NCBI GenBank assembly: GCA_965195345.1 | Contig: OZ239628.1 | Location: forward strand, 135,298 to 199,297 | Source of the DNA: an uncultured Thiomicrospira sp. | Lineage (GTDB): Bacteria > Pseudomonadota > Gammaproteobacteria > CAKMZV01 | Direction of reading: 5' to 3' | Length of the DNA: 64,000 bases | Shown: positions 1-9,763 of the stretch, piece by piece | Layout: every line of letters starts with the position of its first letter | Numbering within the stretch: the first letter of the stretch is position 1 | The notes under the pieces: model-generated | What the model saw: the letters and a program-made list of their open reading frames with translations, nothing else | Told to the model about the DNA's origin: nothing | The model's database searches: none | Made by a program: the position numbers and the translations under genes

Positions 1-308
1 AAATTCTCAACAATACGCGCCACCCCCTACTTACTCAATACTCTGCCATGCTTAAAGCAGACGGCATTCAATTAAAGTGGCTTGAAGATGGTATAACCCG
101 TATTGTTGAAATTGCGTGGGAGATTAATGAGCGTCAAGAGAACATCGGAGCAAGGCGACTTCATACCGTACTCGAACGTTTATTGACTGAAATCAGCTAT
201 GAAGCACCAGACACTAAAAACAAGACCCTCAATATTAATGCTTCATACGTTGATGAACAACTTGGAAAACTGATTAAAGATAAAGATCTTGCCCAATTCA
301 TCCTATAA
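1..308 (+). CDS. hslU: ATP-dependent protease ATPase subunit HslU, C-terminal fragment (5' end lies outside the window)
   Basis: Frame 3 is open from the window edge to the stop at 306-308. The sequence ...LTQYSAMLKADGIQLKWLEDGITRIVEIAWEINERQENIGARRLHTVLERLL...DLAQFIL matches the conserved HslU C-terminus. Confidence 0.9.
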   Translation, partial: ILNNTRHPLLTQYSAMLKADGIQLKWLEDGITRIVEIAWEINERQENIGARRLHTVLERLLTEISYEAPDTKNKTLNINASYVDEQLGKLIKDKDLAQFIL

Positions 309-318
309 AGAAGAGCAT

Positions 319-687
319 ATGAGTGCACCAACGCCCACCCTAATAAAATTAAGCAAAGATAAAAGCATGCTTGATGTGCATTTCATAGATGATCAATTTC
401 GTTTTAGTGCTGAATTCCTACGGGTATTATCTCCTTCAGCTGAAGTGCAAGGTCATAGCCCTGAAACAGCCGTTTTACAAGTGGGAAAAGAAAACGTTCG
501 TATAAATAATATTGAACCTGTTGGCCACTACGCAATTCGGATATTGTTCGACGATGACCATTCAACGGGTATTTTTTCTTGGGATACTCTGCTTGATTAC
601 GGAAGAAACCAACAGAAGTTGTGGCAGCAATACCAACAGAAGTTGAGTGAGAAATCACCTAAATGCGCTCAATATCGACCACTATAA
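319..687 (+). CDS. DUF971 (gamma-butyrobetaine hydroxylase-like N-terminal domain) protein
   Basis: The segment FSAEFLRVLSPSAEVQGHSP...VGHYAIRILFDDDHSTGIFSWDTLLDYG is typical of DUF971 proteins. I chose the ATG at 319 over the ORF-track start at 289, which overlaps hslU. Confidence 0.7.
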   Translation: MSAPTPTLIKLSKDKSMLDVHFIDDQFRFSAEFLRVLSPSAEVQGHSPETAVLQVGKENVRINNIEPVGHYAIRILFDDDHSTGIFSWDTLLDYGRNQQKLWQQYQQKLSEKSPKCAQYRPL

Positions 688-1427
688 TGAATAAAAAAAC
701 AGACTTTGGATTTACAGAAGTTCGTTGGGAAGAAAAGGCGGAACGCGTTCGGGACGTTTTTGACTCGGTTGCTGAGAAGTACGACACAATGAATGACTTA
801 ATGTCTTTCGGTGCGCATCGACTATGGAAACAGTTTTGTATTGAGTTTTGCAACCCTAAAAATGATGCAAAAATATTGGACTTGGCTGGTGGAACAGGGG
901 ACATTGCTAAAAGATTAGCTCCTTTAATTGGAAAAGATGGTGAGATTATAATCTCCGATATTAATCAAAAAATGCTTGAAGTTGGCAAAAAGCGGTTGGA
1001 AAACATAAAAAAATGCCCACTTTCTTTTGTTCAAGCAAACGCCGAGCAATTGCCTTTTCCTAACGAACGTTTTGACTTGATTACCATTGCATTTGGCCTA
1101 CGTAACGTAACAGATAAGCAGCAAGCACTCAATGAAATGAAACGGTGCATCAAACCAGGTGGAAAACTTGCCATTTTAGAGTTTTCTAAGGTAGAGTCAA
1201 AACTTCTCCAACAAGTTTATGATTTTTATAGTTTCCAAATACTACCAAAAATTGGGGCGTTTGTCGCCAAAGATGAAGATAGTTACCGCTATCTTGCAGA
1301 ATCTATCAGAAAACATCCTGATCAACAAACGCTGAAATCAATGTTGGATGAGGCAGGATTCTCCCACACTGGATACTTAAATCTGAGCAATGGTATTGTC
1401 TCAATCCATTATGGTTATGTCACTTAA
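687..1427 (+). CDS. ubiE: Ubiquinone/menaquinone biosynthesis C-methyltransferase UbiE
   Basis: MNKKTDFGFTEV...VFDSVAEKYDTMNDLMSFGAHRLWK...ILDLAGGTGD...FGLRNV is the UbiE/MenG signature. The ATG at 687 overlaps the upstream stop by 1 nt. Confidence 0.92.
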   Translation: MNKKTDFGFTEVRWEEKAERVRDVFDSVAEKYDTMNDLMSFGAHRLWKQFCIEFCNPKNDAKILDLAGGTGDIAKRLAPLIGKDGEIIISDINQKMLEVGKKRLENIKKCPLSFVQANAEQLPFPNERFDLITIAFGLRNVTDKQQALNEMKRCIKPGGKLAILEFSKVESKLLQQVYDFYSFQILPKIGAFVAKDEDSYRYLAESIRKHPDQQTLKSMLDEAGFSHTGYLNLSNGIVSIHYGYVT

Positions 1428-1893
1428 CAACTTGCATCGTCTAAACAAAGGCATTGATCAAATAATCGCCTGTGACGACCGCGCCGTCGAAATACTTGGG
1501 GGTTTAAAAAACAGCACTATCAAATGGGATGTTCGTAATTGGGGCATGCATGTCTTCTGCACAGTTATAGACGGGAAATTAAACATCCATTTTTCTCATT
1601 CTACTGCTGATTGTTGCATCCTAGCAACCCCCACTGAAATGCTGAAAGCTCTAAAATCCAAAGATATTAGTGCGTTAGAGACTTCTGGGTCCCAAGCAAC
1701 TGCCCAATCTCTTTTTGAGTTACTTTTCTCACTCAAAATAGAATGGGAAAACTGGCTAGCTGATTACATACCGCCATTGCTCGTTAATGCCTCTTCATAT
1801 AAAATTAAAATCATTAAAAAATACGTTCGCGATAAGAAAGAACACTTGAAAAATGATTGGTATAGTTTCGTCAACGAAGAAAATTGCAAATAA
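1390..1893 (+). CDS. ubiJ: SCP2-domain ubiquinone biosynthesis accessory factor (UbiJ-like); start uncertain (1390, 1411 or 1417)
   Basis: It sits directly downstream of ubiE, overlapping it. The segment ...TSGSQATAQSLFELLFSLKIEWENWLADYIPPLL... resembles the UbiJ pattern (l.G.......dwEe.ls). At 167 aa it is slightly short for UbiJ. Confidence 0.6.
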   Translation: MVLSQSIMVMSLNNLHRLNKGIDQIIACDDRAVEILGGLKNSTIKWDVRNWGMHVFCTVIDGKLNIHFSHSTADCCILATPTEMLKALKSKDISALETSGSQATAQSLFELLFSLKIEWENWLADYIPPLLVNASSYKIKIIKKYVRDKKEHLKNDWYSFVNEENCK

Positions 1894-2054
1894 AACGGCT
1901 TCTTATATATGAGATGGCATTTGATGCTTCATCTTTAATTAAATGAATGAGTATATCCAATGACTTAAAAAATCAATTTAGTCACGCGTACCCCTAATCT
2001 TTTGTGGAGACTAAAGACGTATGCACCCCATATAATTCCATTTATTCGAATCTG

Positions 2055-2762
2055 TTAATTAAGCAGACACACACTAAGGGCAGCAATAGCAGCCGTTTCT
2101 GATTTTAATACGTTATTTGAAAGCTTGCAGATTTTTGCGCCATTTGCGCTAGCAGTTTCGACTTCTTGATCTGAAAACCCTCCCTCTGGGCCAATAGCTA
2201 ACCACTGCGTTTGTTGACTAAAATGCTGCGACCAGTGTACTGTGGCTAAGTGATGAAAAAAACAACACCCAAGCATCAAATCTTCAACTTCTTCAAATAC
2301 TCGAATTGGATGAATGACGGGCAAAAGTGCTCTACCACTTTGTTCACAAGCGGCAATAGCAACCTGTTGCCAATGCTGGTGCCGCTTTAATTTCTTTTCA
2401 TCATTAAGTTTTACTACACTGAAGCGTGTTTCTATTGGTTGAATTTCAGTAACTCCTAATTCAACAGCTTTTTGAATAATCCAATCCATTTTTTCACCTT
2501 TAACGAGCGATTGAATTAAACCAATTTGTAGAGTAGGTAACCGATTATTTATTGAGACAGATTGAATACTCACCTGTGCGGTTTTTTTATTGATTATTTG
2601 TAAAACGCCTAAATAATCTTTGCCATTGCCATTAAATAATTCAACCATTGCTCCTGCTTTTAGACGAAGAACGGTTACTAAATGACGAGATGCCGATGTG
2701 GGCAGTTCCACTCTATCACCCGCATCGAAGATGGCTTTTATATAAATTCTGGGATATTGCAA
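2055..2762 (-). CDS. rsmE: 16S rRNA (uracil1498-N3)-methyltransferase RsmE
   Basis: N-terminal ...RIYI...GDRVELPTSASRHLVTVLRLKAGAMVELFNGNG and C-terminal IGPEGGFSDQEV...LSNNVLKSETAAIAAL are RsmE hallmarks. Confidence 0.88.
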   Translation of the reverse strand: MQYPRIYIKAIFDAGDRVELPTSASRHLVTVLRLKAGAMVELFNGNGKDYLGVLQIINKKTAQVSIQSVSINNRLPTLQIGLIQSLVKGEKMDWIIQKAVELGVTEIQPIETRFSVVKLNDEKKLKRHQHWQQVAIAACEQSGRALLPVIHPIRVFEEVEDLMLGCCFFHHLATVHWSQHFSQQTQWLAIGPEGGFSDQEVETASANGAKICKLSNNVLKSETAAIAALSVCLLN

Positions 2763-2771
2763 ATGAACTAA

Positions 2772-3920
2772 CTAATCGGCTAAATGTTTGGCTAGATCTG
2801 TAGCCTCCCATGGCAAATCAACATCTTCACGCCCAAAATGGCCATAAGCCGTAGTTTGCTTATATATGGGACGCAATAGATCAAAGTGTTTGATTATGCC
2901 ACTTGGTCTAAAGTCCATGTTCTCATTAAGCCGTTGGCGAATCGCCTCATCAGAAATTTTTCCAGTCCCAAAAGTATTAACGTAGATAGAAACAGGCTCA
3001 ATGACCCCAATGGCGTAAGCTAACTGAATTTCACAACGGCTTGCTAACCCAGAAGCCACTATATTCTTCGCCGCATACCGAGCAGCGTAGGCAGCAGAAC
3101 GATCAACTTTAGAGGGGTCTTTACCTGAAAAAGCACCCCCACCATGGCGTGCACTTCCACCGTACGTATCTACGATAATTTTTCTTCCAGTTAATCCACA
3201 GTCGCCTACAGGTCCGCCTATTACGAACCGACCCGTAGGGTTGATGTGATATTGTGTGTCTTTATGTAGGAGTTCTGCTGGTAAAACTGAATATATGATT
3301 TCTTCCCTTACGGCTTCTTTAATTTCCTTATCGCTGACTTCTGGATCGTGTTGCGTTGACAAAACAACGGCATCTATGGAAACAGGCTTCCCATTTTCGT
3401 AGCGAAAAGAAACCTGGCTTTTTGCATCTGGGCGCAACCATGGTATTTTTTTGTTTTTTCTTAATTCAGACTGTTTACGCATGAGTGCGTGTGCATACGT
3501 TATCGGAGCAGGCATCAATACTTTCGTTTCGTCACAAGCATAGCCAAACATTATTCCTTGGTCGCCTGCCCCTATATTTGGATCGCTCAAATCTTTATCA
3601 ACACCTTGAGCAATATCTGGAGATTGTTTACCAATCGCCGAAAGAACAGAGCATACTTGTCCATCAAAACCAAGAGATCCTGAATCGTAACCTACAGCTT
3701 TGATCTCTTTCCGAACTAACGCTTCGAGATCAATCCAACTTCTCGTACTGATTTCACCGGCGACTAGAACCATGCCCGTTTTAACTAATACTTCGCAAGC
3801 AACCCGTGCTTTTACATCCTGAGCAATTATTGCATCAAGTACAGCATCGGAAATGCGATCTGCTACTTTGTCAGGATGTCCTTCGGAAACCGATTCGGAT
3901 GAAAATAGAAAGCCAGTCAT
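2772..3920 (-). CDS. metK: S-adenosylmethionine synthase
   Basis: [32 protein letters not shown] and [19 protein letters not shown] are MetK motifs. I chose the internal ATG (cat at 3918-3920); the 20-aa extension in the ORF track looks non-native. Confidence 0.95.
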   Translation of the reverse strand: MTGFLFSSESVSEGHPDKVADRISDAVLDAIIAQDVKARVACEVLVKTGMVLVAGEISTRSWIDLEALVRKEIKAVGYDSGSLGFDGQVCSVLSAIGKQSPDIAQGVDKDLSDPNIGAGDQGIMFGYACDETKVLMPAPITYAHALMRKQSELRKNKKIPWLRPDAKSQVSFRYENGKPVSIDAVVLSTQHDPEVSDKEIKEAVREEIIYSVLPAELLHKDTQYHINPTGRFVIGGPVGDCGLTGRKIIVDTYGGSARHGGGAFSGKDPSKVDRSAAYAARYAAKNIVASGLASRCEIQLAYAIGVIEPVSIYVNTFGTGKISDEAIRQRLNENMDFRPSGIIKHFDLLRPIYKQTTAYGHFGREDVDLPWEATDLAKHLAD

Positions 3921-3967
3921 AGTTAGAATTGTAAGAGATTGAAACCAAAGTATTATAATGCACCACC

Positions 3968-4603
3968 ATGCCTTCACCAATAATTATTGAAACAACTAAA
4001 GAGCATCAGCACTCCGTAATCTGGCTGCATGGACTTGGCGCCGATGCGTCTGATTTTGAACCCATCATCCCCATGTTGAAGAATAGTAATCAAGGACAGA
4101 TTCGCTGGATATTCCCATATGCCCCTGTAGCACCCGTCACTATAAACAACAAAGAGGTGATGCCTTCGTGGTTTGACATCTCTTCCATGGATATAAAAGA
4201 AGGAACTAATATGGATGATGTGGTTGACAGCGCATCATCCATTGCACAATTAATTGACTCCGAAGTTGAATCTCTTAAAAGCGCATCAAAAGTACACCTT
4301 GTTGGATTTTCTCAAGGCGGCGTCGTTGTGCTTGAAGCTGCCCAATTAAGATCCGTTGGCAGTGTGCTTGCATTGTCGTCTTTTCATCCCAACGCACCAG
4401 CGTTAACATTTGATACGAAAACCTCAATTGCAGTAATGCATGGGAAGTTTGATACGATCATTCCCCTGACCGATGCACAATCAACACATCTGGCAATTTG
4501 CAGGAATACTCCAGCACAATGGTTCAGCTTTAACATGGGGCATGAGCTTTGTGTCGAACAAATTGAGGAAATTGACCGGTGGTTCAAAAAAGTCTGCCAA
4601 TAA
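3968..4603 (+). CDS. Alpha/beta-hydrolase, phospholipase/carboxylesterase family
   Basis: [12 protein letters not shown] near the N-terminus, the nucleophile elbow GFSQGG and a C-terminal H(G)HE-type motif (FNMGHEL) are typical of the carboxylesterase/YpfH family. Confidence 0.75.
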   Translation: MPSPIIIETTKEHQHSVIWLHGLGADASDFEPIIPMLKNSNQGQIRWIFPYAPVAPVTINNKEVMPSWFDISSMDIKEGTNMDDVVDSASSIAQLIDSEVESLKSASKVHLVGFSQGGVVVLEAAQLRSVGSVLALSSFHPNAPALTFDTKTSIAVMHGKFDTIIPLTDAQSTHLAICRNTPAQWFSFNMGHELCVEQIEEIDRWFKKVCQ

Positions 4604-4693
4604 CTGCTAATGAAGCATGCGTATAAATGCGCATTAAAGCGTGACTATAATTTGGTAAAATGATTGTTTTCTAACTTTAAACCTATTTAATAT

Positions 4694-5281
4694 ATGCGTA
4701 CAGCATCCATTCAGCGTGAAACAACTGAAACTAAAATCAGTATTGAGTTAAATGTTGACGGCACTGGTCAATCAAATATCAATACGGGAGTCGGATTTTT
4801 CGACCACATGCTTGATCAGGTATGCAAACATGGAATGCTCGACCTGTCTATTCATTGTGAAGGCGACCACACTATTGACGATCATCATTCTGTAGAAGAT
4901 GTCGGCATTGCATTTGGGATGGCCTTAAATCAAGCAGTTGGTGAAAAGCTTGGTATCTATCGATATGGTCACTCCTATGTGCCACTTGATGAAGCGCTAT
5001 CTCGTGTTGTTATTGACTTTTCAGGACGCCCATTGTCGGTTTTTTCAGCCAACTTCAATGTCTCAAAAATAGGAACTTTCGATGTGCAGTTGGTAGAGGA
5101 GTTTTTTCAATCTTTCGCTAGCAATGCGCGCGTTACTTTACACGCCAGCTCTATATCCGGCAATAACGCCCATCATATTGCTGAAACGTTATTCAAAGCA
5201 CTCGGCAAAGCAATTCGTTTTGCTTTAACGCACGACGTCCAGAACAAGGATCAAGTCCCGTCAACTAAAGGCTGTCTGTAG
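4694..5281 (+). CDS. hisB: Imidazoleglycerol-phosphate dehydratase (monofunctional)
   Basis: RETTETKISIELNVDG...GVGFFDHMLDQ...DDHHSVEDVGIAFG...NAHHIAETLFKALG are IGPD motifs. Confidence 0.95.
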   Translation: MRTASIQRETTETKISIELNVDGTGQSNINTGVGFFDHMLDQVCKHGMLDLSIHCEGDHTIDDHHSVEDVGIAFGMALNQAVGEKLGIYRYGHSYVPLDEALSRVVIDFSGRPLSVFSANFNVSKIGTFDVQLVEEFFQSFASNARVTLHASSISGNNAHHIAETLFKALGKAIRFALTHDVQNKDQVPSTKGCL

Positions 5282-5286
5282 CTTGA

Positions 5287-5895
5287 ATGAAAACCATCGT
5301 CATTATTGACTACGAGTCTGGAAACTTGCATTCTGTTGAGCGCGCAGCAAAACACGTTAGCAAGCACCCTATTTTGCTAAGCAACAATCCCAAAATAATT
5401 GCTGAGGCTGATGCGGTCATTTTCCCAGGTCAAGGTGCTGCAAAGCAGTGTATGTCAGCGATTGCTACCAAGCAATTGACTGATAGTATCACCGATGCTG
5501 CTAAAAACAAACCTTTCTTCGGAATATGTATGGGTTTACAAGTGCTGATGGACTATAGTCAGGAGGACGGCTATGTTGAAGGGCTAGGCGTTATAAAAGG
5601 GTCCGTTTGTAGACTCACTTCTGATAGACTAAAAATTCCTCATATGGGTTGGAATCAAATTCAACAAAGAGATCATCCTCTTTGGCACGGAATCGAAAAT
5701 AATGCTTATTTCTATTTCGTTCATAGCTATTTCATCGCTCCTGATAACGATGCCGTAATCACAGGCACATGTCATTATGGTGAAGAATTTTGTTGCTCCA
5801 TTGGTCATAAGCAATTATTCGGCATACAAGCCCACCCTGAAAAAAGTGGTTCAGCAGGGCTTCAACTACTATCCAACTTTTGTAACCAAATATGA
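5287..5895 (+). CDS. hisH: Imidazole glycerol phosphate synthase, glutamine amidotransferase subunit
   Basis: VIIDYESGNLHSV, FGICMGLQ (catalytic Cys), HMGWN, FYFVHSY and QAHPEKS. Confidence 0.93.
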   Translation: MKTIVIIDYESGNLHSVERAAKHVSKHPILLSNNPKIIAEADAVIFPGQGAAKQCMSAIATKQLTDSITDAAKNKPFFGICMGLQVLMDYSQEDGYVEGLGVIKGSVCRLTSDRLKIPHMGWNQIQQRDHPLWHGIENNAYFYFVHSYFIAPDNDAVITGTCHYGEEFCCSIGHKQLFGIQAHPEKSGSAGLQLLSNFCNQI

Positions 5896-6626
5896 TTGTC
5901 ATTCCTGCTATAGATATTAAAGAAGGACAATGTGTCCGATTAAAACGCGGCGATATGAATCAAGCCGATGTCTATGGAAATGATGCGCTGGCAGTTGCTC
6001 AACGATGGGCTGATTCGGGCGCGAAACGTTTGCACATGGTTGATTTAGACGGTGCTTTTGCGGCAAAACCGATGAATCAAGACATTATTTTTCGAGTTAA
6101 ACAAGCTTTGCCTAACTTGCCTTTACAGGTTGGAGGAGGCATTCGTGACGAACAAACGTTATCTACGTACTTTGATGCCGGCATTGATTGGTGCATCATG
6201 GGCACCAAAGCGATTGAATCTTTTGACTTCTTAGAATACATTGCGGACAAATACCCTCAAAAAATCATTCTCGGCATTGATGCTCGTAACGGAATGGTTG
6301 CCACTGACGGTTGGGCAGAAGTCTCAAATATAAGTGCGATTGAGCTTGCTATGAAATGCTCTAAGTTGCCTCTTGCAGCTATTGTTTATACTGATATTTC
6401 CCGCGACGGAATGCTTTCAGGCGTAAATGTTGACGCAACGCATGCTATAGCGAAAGCGACCACTTGTGGGGTTATTGCTTCTGGAGGGGTGAAAAACTTA
6501 GAAGATATAAAACTGCTTGCCCCTCATTATAAGGATGGCATTATTGGTGCAATAGCAGGTCGTGCTATCTATACAGGTGATTTAGACCTTTTTGAAGCAC
6601 AACAACTTGCAGATCAATTATGTTAA
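5892..6626 (+). CDS. hisA: 1-(5-phosphoribosyl)-5-[(5-phosphoribosylamino)methylideneamino]imidazole-4-carboxamide isomerase
   Basis: [21 protein letters not shown]...LHMVDLDGA...QVGGGIR...[12 protein letters not shown]. It overlaps hisH by 4 nt. Confidence 0.93.
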   Translation: MIVIPAIDIKEGQCVRLKRGDMNQADVYGNDALAVAQRWADSGAKRLHMVDLDGAFAAKPMNQDIIFRVKQALPNLPLQVGGGIRDEQTLSTYFDAGIDWCIMGTKAIESFDFLEYIADKYPQKIILGIDARNGMVATDGWAEVSNISAIELAMKCSKLPLAAIVYTDISRDGMLSGVNVDATHAIAKATTCGVIASGGVKNLEDIKLLAPHYKDGIIGAIAGRAIYTGDLDLFEAQQLADQLC

Positions 6627-7378
6627 CCACACGCATCATTCCTTGTCTGGATGTTGATAACGGTCGCGTTGTCAAAGGAGTAAATTTCGTTAACCTAATA
6701 GATGCGGGGGATCCTGTAGAAATTGCTGCAAAATACTATGATATGGGAGCCGATGAAATTACATTTCTTGATATAACCGCATCTTGTGATAATCGCAATA
6801 CTATGGTAGATATGGTTAGTAACGTCGCGGAACAAGTTTTTATCCCGCTAACTGTTGGAGGAGGCGTTCGTAATTTGCAAGATATCAAAAAAATACTACG
6901 TGCAGGAGCTGATAAGGTCTCAATAAATACTGCTGCAATAACAACGCCTACTTTAATAAAAGAGGCTGTGGACCACTTTGGCACACAATGCATAGTCGTA
7001 GCCATAGATGCACGCAAAGTCGGAGAGAATCGTTGGGAAGTATATACGCATGGCGGGCGTAATCCAACGGGTATAGATGCTTTAGAATGGGCAAAGAAAA
7101 TGGCTCACTTTGGAGCTGGTGAACTGCTGGTAACAAGTATGGATCGAGATGGCACAAAGCAGGGATTCGATCTTGAACTTTACATGGAAATTAGCAAGAA
7201 CGTACCTATCCCGTTAATTGCCTCTGGTGGCGTTGGGAGTTTACAGCATTTAGTAGATGGTGCTAAGATAGGCTTGGCAGATGCCGTATTGGCAGCCAGT
7301 ATTTTCCATTTTGGGCAACATACAATTTCCGAAGCGAAGCAAGTCATGCACGACAACGGAATTCCAATCAGACAGTAA
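6620..7378 (+). CDS. hisF: Imidazole glycerol phosphate synthase, cyclase subunit
   Basis: [19 protein letters not shown]...[13 protein letters not shown]...TVGGGVR...[13 protein letters not shown]...ASGGVG. Confidence 0.95.
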   Translation: MLTTRIIPCLDVDNGRVVKGVNFVNLIDAGDPVEIAAKYYDMGADEITFLDITASCDNRNTMVDMVSNVAEQVFIPLTVGGGVRNLQDIKKILRAGADKVSINTAAITTPTLIKEAVDHFGTQCIVVAIDARKVGENRWEVYTHGGRNPTGIDALEWAKKMAHFGAGELLVTSMDRDGTKQGFDLELYMEISKNVPIPLIASGGVGSLQHLVDGAKIGLADAVLAASIFHFGQHTISEAKQVMHDNGIPIRQ

Positions 7379-7379
7379 C

Positions 7380-7898
7380 ATGAAAACAATCGGATTGTTT
7401 TTCGGCACCGACACTGGTAATAGTGAACGTATTGCTGAAGAGATTAAAGAGTATTTATCAGAAAAAGCGCATGTTGAATTGCATGATCTTGCTCAGACTA
7501 GTGTAGAGGATTTTTCTCCTTACGAATACATTATTCTAAGTCATCCTACTTGGTACTATGGTGAATTACAAAGTCATTGGGAAGACTTTTGGGAAAGCTT
7601 TAAAGAAGTGCGCTTTGAAGGAAAAAAAATAGCATGTATGGGTCTTGGCGACCAGTACGATTACGCCGATTATTTTGTTGATGCGATGGGCTTAACCCAC
7701 GACATAGCCCTCGCCAATGGTGCCACACCATGTGGTTATACTTCAACAGAGGGCTACGATTTTGAAAAATCAAAGGCCACCACAGAAGATGGCGATTTTT
7801 TTGTAGGTCTTGCTCTTGATGAAGACCAGCAACCTGAGCTTACTGATACACGTTTGCATAACTGGCTCGAACAAGTTGCTGAAGAGTTTGACTTATAA
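7380..7898 (+). CDS. fldA: Long-chain flavodoxin
   Basis: MKTIGLFFGTDTGNSERIAE (FMN phosphate-binding loop), PTWYYGELQ and GLGDQYDYADYF. I used the ATG at 7380, since the upstream part of the ORF overlaps hisF. Confidence 0.9.
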   Translation: MKTIGLFFGTDTGNSERIAEEIKEYLSEKAHVELHDLAQTSVEDFSPYEYIILSHPTWYYGELQSHWEDFWESFKEVRFEGKKIACMGLGDQYDYADYFVDAMGLTHDIALANGATPCGYTSTEGYDFEKSKATTEDGDFFVGLALDEDQQPELTDTRLHNWLEQVAEEFDL

Positions 7899-9185
7899 AT
7901 GACGCCCTCTTCAACACGCCTGATTGAGCGTGATAGTCAATACGTAATTCATCCTTACGCTCCTCCAGCAGGACACCTCTCTTTCCCCCCATTACCTGTT
8001 TCTCATACAAATGGATGCAAGATTATCCTTGAGGATGGTAGCGAACTCATTGATGCCATGTCTTCTTGGTGGGGGACCATTCATGGGTATAACCACCCGC
8101 ATCTTCTAAAGGCAGTCCAATATCAGCTTAACAAGATGCCGCATGTCATGTTTGGGGGACTTACTCATGAACCCGCTGTCGCCCTTGCTGAAAAATTGGT
8201 GAAGGTAATGCCCGATAACCTTAAGCGTGTATTTTTTGCAGACAGTGGATCGGTCGCAGTTGAGGTCGCTATTAAAATAGCTCTGCAGTACTGGCAATCT
8301 AAGGGCACTCCTCGTAACACACTATTAACTGTGCGTGGTGGTTACCACGGTGACACCTTTGGTGCAATGGCGGTTTGCGATCCGATTAATGGGATGCATT
8401 CACATTTTTCTGGCGTACTTTGTAAACATCTATTTGCCCCAAGACCTTACGCTATTGACGATGAAAATACGGATGATATCGATGCTTTCAAAGCAATTAT
8501 TCATAAACACCGCAATGAAATCGCAGCCGTTATATTAGAACCTATTTTGCAAGGTGCTGGAGGAATGCATGTATACCGCAGCGAATACTTAAAAGAAGTT
8601 CGCAATATATGCGATTGCCATGGCATTTTGCTAATTGCCGATGAGATTGCTACAGGCTTTGGGCGCACTAGCATGTGGCTTGGGTGCGACCACGCCAATG
8701 TGACACCAGATATTCTATGCCTTGGAAAAGCCTTAACTGGTGGCTTGATGAGTTTTGCTGCGACTATGATTACCGATGAAATCGCTAAAGTTGTTAGTAA
8801 CGGCTCCCCTGGTTTGCTGATGCACGGACCAACCTTTATGGGGAACCCTTTGGCAAGTTCTGCCGCGCTAGCAAGCTTAGGAATACTTGAAAAAGGCGCT
8901 TGGAAAGACCAAGTAAAGTCGATTGAGAAACACTTACAACATAGCCTTCTCCCATTGAAATGTGATGAAAATGTTGTCGATGTTCGCGTCATTGGCGCTG
9001 TGGGAGTTGTTGAGCTCAAGCAAGCGATACCGCCTAATATATTAACACCCATACTCTTAAAAAATGGTGTTTGGCTACGTCCTTTCAACCGCTTACTCTA
9101 TACAATGCCTCCTTATGTGATTCAGAAAGAAGAGCTGAAGAAAATAACGGATACTATTACTTTGCTTGCGAAAAATAGTCTTTAA
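7899..9185 (+). CDS. bioA: Adenosylmethionine-8-amino-7-oxononanoate aminotransferase
   Basis: SSWWGTIHGYNHP, GGLTHEPA, FADSGSVAVE, ADEIATGFGRT and CLGKALTGG (PLP Lys) are class-III aminotransferase/BioA motifs. Confidence 0.9.
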   Translation: MTPSSTRLIERDSQYVIHPYAPPAGHLSFPPLPVSHTNGCKIILEDGSELIDAMSSWWGTIHGYNHPHLLKAVQYQLNKMPHVMFGGLTHEPAVALAEKLVKVMPDNLKRVFFADSGSVAVEVAIKIALQYWQSKGTPRNTLLTVRGGYHGDTFGAMAVCDPINGMHSHFSGVLCKHLFAPRPYAIDDENTDDIDAFKAIIHKHRNEIAAVILEPILQGAGGMHVYRSEYLKEVRNICDCHGILLIADEIATGFGRTSMWLGCDHANVTPDILCLGKALTGGLMSFAATMITDEIAKVVSNGSPGLLMHGPTFMGNPLASSAALASLGILEKGAWKDQVKSIEKHLQHSLLPLKCDENVVDVRVIGAVGVVELKQAIPPNILTPILLKNGVWLRPFNRLLYTMPPYVIQKEELKKITDTITLLAKNSL

Positions 9186-9333
9186 CGCCCCAAAACGGAC
9201 AAGACTCTCTCAAAATTAAAGCAACCAATAACGACTGCTTAGCAGGGCACTATAAGCATGCCGGCTTCTCGCATGACTTATGATCATCCAAATTCGTTTT
9301 GAATGTTAAACTGTTTAACAAAAATTAGGATTT

Positions 9334-9752
9334 ATGGTAAGCATCGTGCAAAGAATTGCCTCAGATAGCGTAGAAGTAAACGATAATACTATACATCGAT
9401 TGGGACGGACTCGTGTCTTTAACGGCATTGGAACAGGATGATAATATAGAAATCGTTCATTACATATAAAACGATTGATACAATACAGAATGTTTCCCGA
9501 CATTGACAAAAAATGAACCATGCTTTTGTAGATGTAGGTGCAGGCTACTTATTGTGTCGCAGTTTAACTGATACTTCTAAAGGCTTACACCAAAGTTTTA
9601 ATAGATGTGCGCATCCCCAAAAAGCACAACCCTTATTTGAAACAGCAATTGAGACGGTTCAGAACTCTGGAGTACACGTTGAATCTGGTTTGTTTGGACA
9701 ACATATGCGTGTTCAGTTGATACACGATTGACCCAGTAACTTTTATATTTAA
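9334..9752 (+). pseudogene. dtd: D-aminoacyl-tRNA deacylase (dtd) pseudogene, multiply disrupted
   Basis: Frame 1 gives MVSIVQRIASDSVEVNDNTIHRLGRTRVFNGIGTG followed by TGA TAA (9439-9444). Compare E. coli Dtd MIALIQRVTRASVTVEG..GEIGAGLLVLLGVEKDD. Frame 2 gives LLIVSQF (Dtd VLVVSQFTL). Frame 0 gives TDTSKGLHQSF...PQKAQPLFETAIE...VESGLFGQHMRVQLIHD, then TGA, then PSNFYI* (Dtd [23 protein letters not shown]). Restoring one reading frame needs at least 3 frameshifts, one at an A6 run (9508-9513), and must pass at least 3 stop codons. Confidence 0.8.
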
Positions 9753-9763
9753 TGCACAGTAAA

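Noticed and set aside
8501-9088. 195-aa minus-strand ORF
   Set aside because: It is fully antisense to bioA, whose protein has clear aminotransferase motifs. The antisense translation has no recognisable features.
9513-9731. 72-aa plus-strand ORF as an independent small gene
   Set aside because: It is the largest surviving fragment of the decayed dtd gene; Dtd C-terminal homology continues past its TGA stop.
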